Of a DNA stretch of 64,000 bases, positions 59,603 to 64,000 are shown one piece after another. The notes beneath the pieces were generated by a model. The model saw only the letters and a list, made by a program, of their open reading frames with translations. It had not been told where the DNA came from and did no database searches. The position numbers and the translations under genes are program-made. Numbering within the stretch: the stretch's first letter is position 1; every line of letters starts with the position of its first letter. Source of the stretch: an uncultured delta proteobacterium (lineage in GTDB: Bacteria; Myxococcota; Kuafuiibacteriia; Kuafuiibacteriales; Kuafuiibacteriaceae); assembly GCA_963803435.1 (NCBI GenBank), contig CAWDML010000001.1, positions 864,001-928,000 of the forward strand, read 5' to 3'.

Positions 59603-59818
59603 TCAAACGACTTCGGCGATGCAGCCGGCGGGGCAGTCCTCCTCGCTCGCGACGATCTCGTTCGGACACGTCGCCGCATCGACCCCTGCGCCCGCATCAC
59701 GCCCATCCGAGACGCAGAAGATCGGGTGCTCTTGGTCCGCACCGCACGAGGAGACGGCCACGGCCAGCACCGTGCAAGCGAGTACCTTGGGAATGGTCAG
59801 CTTCCTCCGCGAAGGCAT
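59603..59818 (-). CDS. Small Cys-rich secreted peptide/lipoprotein (71 aa)
   Basis: MPSRRKLTIPKVLACTVLAVAVSSCGADQEHPIFCVSDGRDAGAGVDAATCPNEIVASEEDCPAGCIAEVV; TAGCCT -10-like hexamer 8 nt upstream. Confidence 0.65.
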   Translation of the reverse strand: MPSRRKLTIPKVLACTVLAVAVSSCGADQEHPIFCVSDGRDAGAGVDAATCPNEIVASEEDCPAGCIAEVV

Positions 59819-59862
59819 TCGACGAGAGGCTACCACACCGAGCGCCTGCCCGGTCCTTGCCG

Positions 59863-61188
59863 TCAGCGAGCAAAGCGAAGCAGCGAGAGGGAAGACGTGG
59901 TCCGTAAGCTCTGCTCCCTCCCGGTGACCGAGTCGAGCATCACGAGCTCGAGCTTCTCGTCGGCGCCGAACACGTCGCCGGCCTTCTGGATCCAGGTGGC
60001 GGTGCACGCGCCGTCGGCGGAGAGGTCGGCCGCACCCGGATGGAGGTCCCCGTTCACGTACACCCCACCCACGGTCAGCGTGCGGCTCTCATCGCCCACG
60101 AGCTGGATTTCATCGAGGAAGTCGCCGTAGCCGCGCGACAGGTTGAGGATGAGGATCCGATCGCCGCCCGCGAAGGGGAGCAGATGGTTGCCGGCGCCGA
60201 AGTCCTGCCTCGGGGTCATCGCCTCCCCGACGTCGCTCCAGGTCGCCCCGAGGTCCGCGGTGCGGCGGAGCTGGAGCCGCCCGTCCTCGAGACCGAAGGT
60301 GGCGAGGACGTCACCATCGGGAGCGAGCGTCGCTTCGTAGCGCGCCCACGGCTCACGGCCGGCAATCGCCGTCGCCCGCAGCGTTTCGGTGTCCAGCCGC
60401 AGCACTTGCTCCCCATCGGAGGAGACGAGGAGCACGTAGCGGCCGTCCGCGGTCGAATCGATCGGGTAGGACGTCCCGCCGGCGTCGATCACCTGGGCGC
60501 CGGTCGGGGAGGCGAGCACCAGCTCGCCCGACTCGGAGGGGTAGAGCACTCCGCTCGGGAGCGGCGTGTACGCGGCATAGCCGGCGGGCACCTCCGCGAG
60601 CGGTGCAAACGTCTGGGTCTCGACGTCCATCCACCCGACCGTGACGCCGGGACGCCACGGCTCGCCGGCCGCCACCAGGACCCGACCATCGACGACCGGC
60701 ACCAACGGGCGATACACGCCGAGGTCGGTGACCGCGCCGTCCGGATGCGCGATGAACCCGTGCCCCGCGGCCACCGCCAGCGTGCCGTCCGGCGAGAGGT
60801 AGACCTGCGGGTTGTAAGGCTCCTCGTCGATGCGCTGGAGCAGCACGTCCCCGTCGGTGTCGACAACCACGTACTCGTACCGATTCGCCGAGGGCGGCGC
60901 GTAGAGGAAGCCGACCAGCGCCACGAACCGCCCCGCCGTCGTCCATTGCTCCACCACCGTCTCCTCAGAGGCGAGACCGGTCGAGGCCCCGATCTGGAAC
61001 AGCTCGCGCCGGCTCCCATCCGCCTCCGTCCGCCACAGCACCGGACCCTCCATCTCGAGCAGGACCTCGTCCGCACACCCGAGCGACTGCCTCGTCGTCC
61101 CATGCGGCGACGGGTCCAGGCCACGCTCGTCCGCCACGCACCCCGCCAGAGCGAGCACCAGGATCAACCCATTCGTTCGTACGCGCAT
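59863..61188 (-). CDS. Hypothetical beta-propeller-like lipoprotein
   Basis: MRVRTNGLILVLALAGC lipobox; SPDG/ADG repeats. Confidence 0.72.
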   Translation of the reverse strand: MRVRTNGLILVLALAGCVADERGLDPSPHGTTRQSLGCADEVLLEMEGPVLWRTEADGSRRELFQIGASTGLASEETVVEQWTTAGRFVALVGFLYAPPSANRYEYVVVDTDGDVLLQRIDEEPYNPQVYLSPDGTLAVAAGHGFIAHPDGAVTDLGVYRPLVPVVDGRVLVAAGEPWRPGVTVGWMDVETQTFAPLAEVPAGYAAYTPLPSGVLYPSESGELVLASPTGAQVIDAGGTSYPIDSTADGRYVLLVSSDGEQVLRLDTETLRATAIAGREPWARYEATLAPDGDVLATFGLEDGRLQLRRTADLGATWSDVGEAMTPRQDFGAGNHLLPFAGGDRILILNLSRGYGDFLDEIQLVGDESRTLTVGGVYVNGDLHPGAADLSADGACTATWIQKAGDVFGADEKLELVMLDSVTGREQSLRTTSSLSLLRFAR

Positions 61189-61243
61189 CTCACCCCACTC
61201 TAGCGCTCGGGTGGGGGTCCGGGTGTCGGTATGATACGAATTC

Positions 61244-61268
61244 GATTGTTCGGTCATTTCGAACAATC
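61244..61268. promoter_or_regulatory. AT-rich inverted repeat (candidate operator) between divergent genes
   Basis: GATTGTTCG-N7-CGAACAATC, perfect 9-bp arms. Confidence 0.5.
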
Positions 61269-61352
61269 AATCGATGTCGAGCACTCGGCGGCGGGATCCG
61301 CGCCACTTCCGTGAGCCTGTGACTCGGGACGACCGCGCGCTACACTTCGTGG

Positions 61353-62291
61353 ATGGCGCCGACGCACGGAGGCGGAGTCGTGTTCCGCGTCGAGGAGGGG
61401 CGACGCTTCTACCTCCTCGTCACCGCCAGCTCGAACGCGACCGAGTGGGTGCTCCCCAAGGGGACCATCAAGAAGGACGAGACGCCCGAGCAAGCCGCCA
61501 TCCGTGAGGTACGCGAGGAGGCGGGCGTTCGTGCCGAGAGCCTGGGCCCCATCGACGAGCTTCAGGGCTCGGGCGACAAGCTCATCCGCTACTTCCTGAT
61601 GCGGTACCTGTGGGACGTCGAGCAGATGGAGCGGCGGAGCCGGGACTACTGGCCGTACGACGAGGCGATCACCATCGCGTCACGCCCCGACGTCCGCGCC
61701 GCGCTCGAGGCCGCCGAGGAGCGCGCACGCGACCTCGACCGCAAGGAGGCCGCCGCCAACGACTACACCCGGACCCTCCACCAGCAGCTCGACCTGATCA
61801 GGGGACGCCAACGGGAGACTGAACGCTTCGCCCACGGCTTCTTGGGCGTGTTCGGGTTCGGCACGGTGCTGGCGATGCTCGCGCTGATTCGCGGCCACGG
61901 ACCGATCAGCACCCCCTCGCTCGCGATCCTGGCTGTGCTCGGCGGCGCCTACGCGTATCTGGTCGCGCTCCGCTATGGAGGCTACCGCCGGACGCTGTTC
62001 GAGCTCGGGTATCACGCCGACCTCACCGTCCGTGCCCGCCTCACCGGCAGCCGTCCCGACCAGTACGCCCGCTGGCTCTCGGCCCGGCTCGACGGGCCCG
62101 ACCAGCCGCGCGCCGATACGGGTGGCGCCGCTCCGGAGGAGGCCGGGTTCGATCTCGAGGCCAAGGCTCTCCTCGACGATCACCGGCGGCGCTGGCGGCG
62201 CGAGCTGGACGGTTTCTTCCGCGGCGGCCGCTGGCCGTTCTCCATCACCAGCGCGCTGTGGTTGTTCGGGCTCGCTGCGGTTCATTTCTGA
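61353..62291 (+). CDS. NUDIX hydrolase fused to a C-terminal membrane domain
   Basis: WVLPKGTIKKDETPEQAAIREVREEAG Nudix box, then a helical linker and 2-3 TM segments. Confidence 0.82.
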   Translation: MAPTHGGGVVFRVEEGRRFYLLVTASSNATEWVLPKGTIKKDETPEQAAIREVREEAGVRAESLGPIDELQGSGDKLIRYFLMRYLWDVEQMERRSRDYWPYDEAITIASRPDVRAALEAAEERARDLDRKEAAANDYTRTLHQQLDLIRGRQRETERFAHGFLGVFGFGTVLAMLALIRGHGPISTPSLAILAVLGGAYAYLVALRYGGYRRTLFELGYHADLTVRARLTGSRPDQYARWLSARLDGPDQPRADTGGAAPEEAGFDLEAKALLDDHRRRWRRELDGFFRGGRWPFSITSALWLFGLAAVHF

Positions 62292-62391
62292 TCGAAGTCG
62301 GGGGCGGAGCAGCTCGCCGCGGGGGTAGCGGGATCATCATCTGCACGAATGCGTGCCCCACGGAGAGTGCATGCACCGTCTCGGAGGCCCG

Positions 62392-63291
62392 TCAGAGATC
62401 GACGAAGCTCCAGCGCGCGGACGCCGTCGCCAGATCGATGAAGGCGCGTACGCTCGCCGACGGGAGGCGCGTTCCGGGATAGACGATCTGGATCGGGAGC
62501 GGGGGCGGCTCGTGTCGTTGGAGCACGAGCACGAGCGCGCCGGTCGTCAGGTGCTCCGTCACCTGATAGGAGAGCACCATCGCCAGCCCGCCGCCCCGCT
62601 CGGCGTGGACGATGGCGGCCTCGGCGCTGTTGGTCACGAACGAGGGCCGGATCGCCACGCGCACCTCGACGCCCTTGCGGAAGAACCGCCACTCGGGCGC
62701 GGGCGTGAGACCGGTGAACTGGATGATGGCGTGCGAGGCGAGGTCGGCCGGCCTGCGGACCGTCGAGCGCGACGCGAGGTAGGCCGGGCTCGCCACCAGC
62801 ACGCGGCGGGTCGCTCCGACCGGCCGCACCCGGAGCGACGAGTCCTCGAGCACGCCGATCCGGACCGCCAGATCGACGCCCTCCTCCACCAGGTTGACCA
62901 TCCGATCGGCCAGCGTCAGCTCGCCGATCACCGCGGGATGTCTCGCCAACAGCTCGCACATCAGCGGCGCCACCTCGCGCCTGCCGAAGACGTTCGGCGC
63001 CGCCACCACGAGACGACCGGTCGGCTCCGTGCTCTCGGCGCGCGCCGCCTGCTCGGCCTCCGCCACCGCGCCGAGGATCCTGCGCGCACGCTCCAGATAG
63101 CGCGCACCGGCGTCGGTGAGAGCCACGGAGCGCGTGGTGCGCTGGAGCAGGCGGATCTCGAGGCGCTCCTCGAGCGACGAGACCAGACGGGTGATCGCGG
63201 GCGGCGAGGTTCCGAGCCGGCGCGCCGCCTTCGTGAAGCTGGAGAGCTCCGCCACCGTGACGAAGGCGTTCATCGCCTCCAATCGGTCCAT
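62392..63291 (-). CDS. LysR-family transcriptional regulator
   Basis: MDRLEAMNAFVTVAELSSFTKAARRLG...LLQRTTRSVALT; NLVEEGVDLAVRIG. Confidence 0.95.
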   Translation of the reverse strand: MDRLEAMNAFVTVAELSSFTKAARRLGTSPPAITRLVSSLEERLEIRLLQRTTRSVALTDAGARYLERARRILGAVAEAEQAARAESTEPTGRLVVAAPNVFGRREVAPLMCELLARHPAVIGELTLADRMVNLVEEGVDLAVRIGVLEDSSLRVRPVGATRRVLVASPAYLASRSTVRRPADLASHAIIQFTGLTPAPEWRFFRKGVEVRVAIRPSFVTNSAEAAIVHAERGGGLAMVLSYQVTEHLTTGALVLVLQRHEPPPLPIQIVYPGTRLPSASVRAFIDLATASARWSFVDL

Positions 63292-63370
63292 CGGATGATT
63301 ATTTCACAATCTGCAATTATTTCTAGAAGTGATGCGCATTGTTTCCACTGATCTCTCCACCGGCAGCCTT

Positions 63371-64000
63371 CTACTCGAGCGGTACGAGAGGCGGTTGCGC
63401 GACCTTCCGTTGGTCGATTCGCGCCAGGATGGCGAGCCAGTCCTCCTCAGCTTCCAGCGCCGCCAGGATCGAGTTCAGCCCGAAGTTGATCCGATTGAGG
63501 AACACCAGGCCGGGACGCTTGGTCTCTCGGATCCCCATCTTGAAGAGCTTCTTCGAGAGCTCGAGCTTGGCGTGCATGGTGAGTCGGGTGAGCTCTTCCG
63601 TGAAATCGCGGCTGTACGCGAAGGGCTGAGGCCGAAGGAGAGGGGCGAAGCTGATCAGGACAAACTCTTCGATCACGTCCCGCACGTCTTGGTCCATTCC
63701 TTCCGGGATCCCGTAGGCCGTCTCGAGCAATCGATACAGCTCGGCTCCGCGGAAGCCGGCGACCACACGCTGACGGACCTCGGTGAAGGCGGCGAGAGCG
63801 TCGGGAGGGAAGCGCTGGACGCATCCGAAGTCGAGGAAGGCGATCCGGCCGCCGGGCATGAACACGTAGTTACCGGGGTGGGGATCGGCGTTGAACATTC
63901 CGAACAGATAGAGGGTCTCGAACACGAAGCGGAAGATGACGCGGCCGTAGCGCTTCCTCTCGGAGGGCGTCGAGGAGGCCAGCATCTCTTCCCAACCCAT
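63371..64000 (-). CDS. ABC1/UbiB/AarF atypical kinase (5' partial)
   Basis: FNADPHPGNY, FLDFGCV; the ORF runs off the window end. Confidence 0.88.
   Translation of the reverse strand: MGWEEMLASSTPSERKRYGRVIFRFVFETLYLFGMFNADPHPGNYVFMPGGRIAFLDFGCVQRFPPDALAAFTEVRQRVVAGFRGAELYRLLETAYGIPEGMDQDVRDVIEEFVLISFAPLLRPQPFAYSRDFTEELTRLTMHAKLELSKKLFKMGIRETKRPGLVFLNRINFGLNSILAALEAEEDWLAILARIDQRKVAQPPLVPLE

Overview
GC-rich bacterial DNA. The gene content points to Myxococcota: a MYXO-CTERM-like tail, Myxococcus Cys-rich repeats, five Hanks-type Ser/Thr kinases, an FHA-sigma54 activator and many lipoproteins. From left to right the window holds: (1) a porin-multiheme cytochrome cluster (>=20-heme protein, ~12-heme lipoprotein, beta-barrel); (2) a 1.5-kaa modular surface lipoprotein; (3) an IS1182-family element with ~65-bp terminal inverted repeats containing (GGGACC)n arrays. 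It carries a four-helix-bundle (Avd/23S-IVP-like) passenger gene and sits in a CTAG shared by two convergent stop codons; a partial second copy lies at 41.7 kb. (4) An anaerobic-metabolism island (HdrD/FadF-like oxidoreductase, PFOR, DHODH-like protein, HemN, two CBS proteins, cytochrome c', CoA transferase-GNAT) in which most units have a sigma54-type -24/-12 motif; (5) kinase/TPR/lipoprotein signalling modules, a bacterial PARG, a DUF1588/DUF1501/cytochrome c operon, an ECF sigma-kinase pair and a GH5 glycosidase; (6) an unusual RRE-like + LanD-type flavin decarboxylase + thiol-methyltransferase fusion beside a small Cys-rich peptide gene. That fusion is my best candidate for an undescribed RiPP-like system. 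Most frameshifts fall at GATC sites (read as GATTC) and are probably methylation-related long-read errors. I found no rRNA, tRNA or CRISPR array. All family assignments come from motif recognition by eye; no database searches were run.
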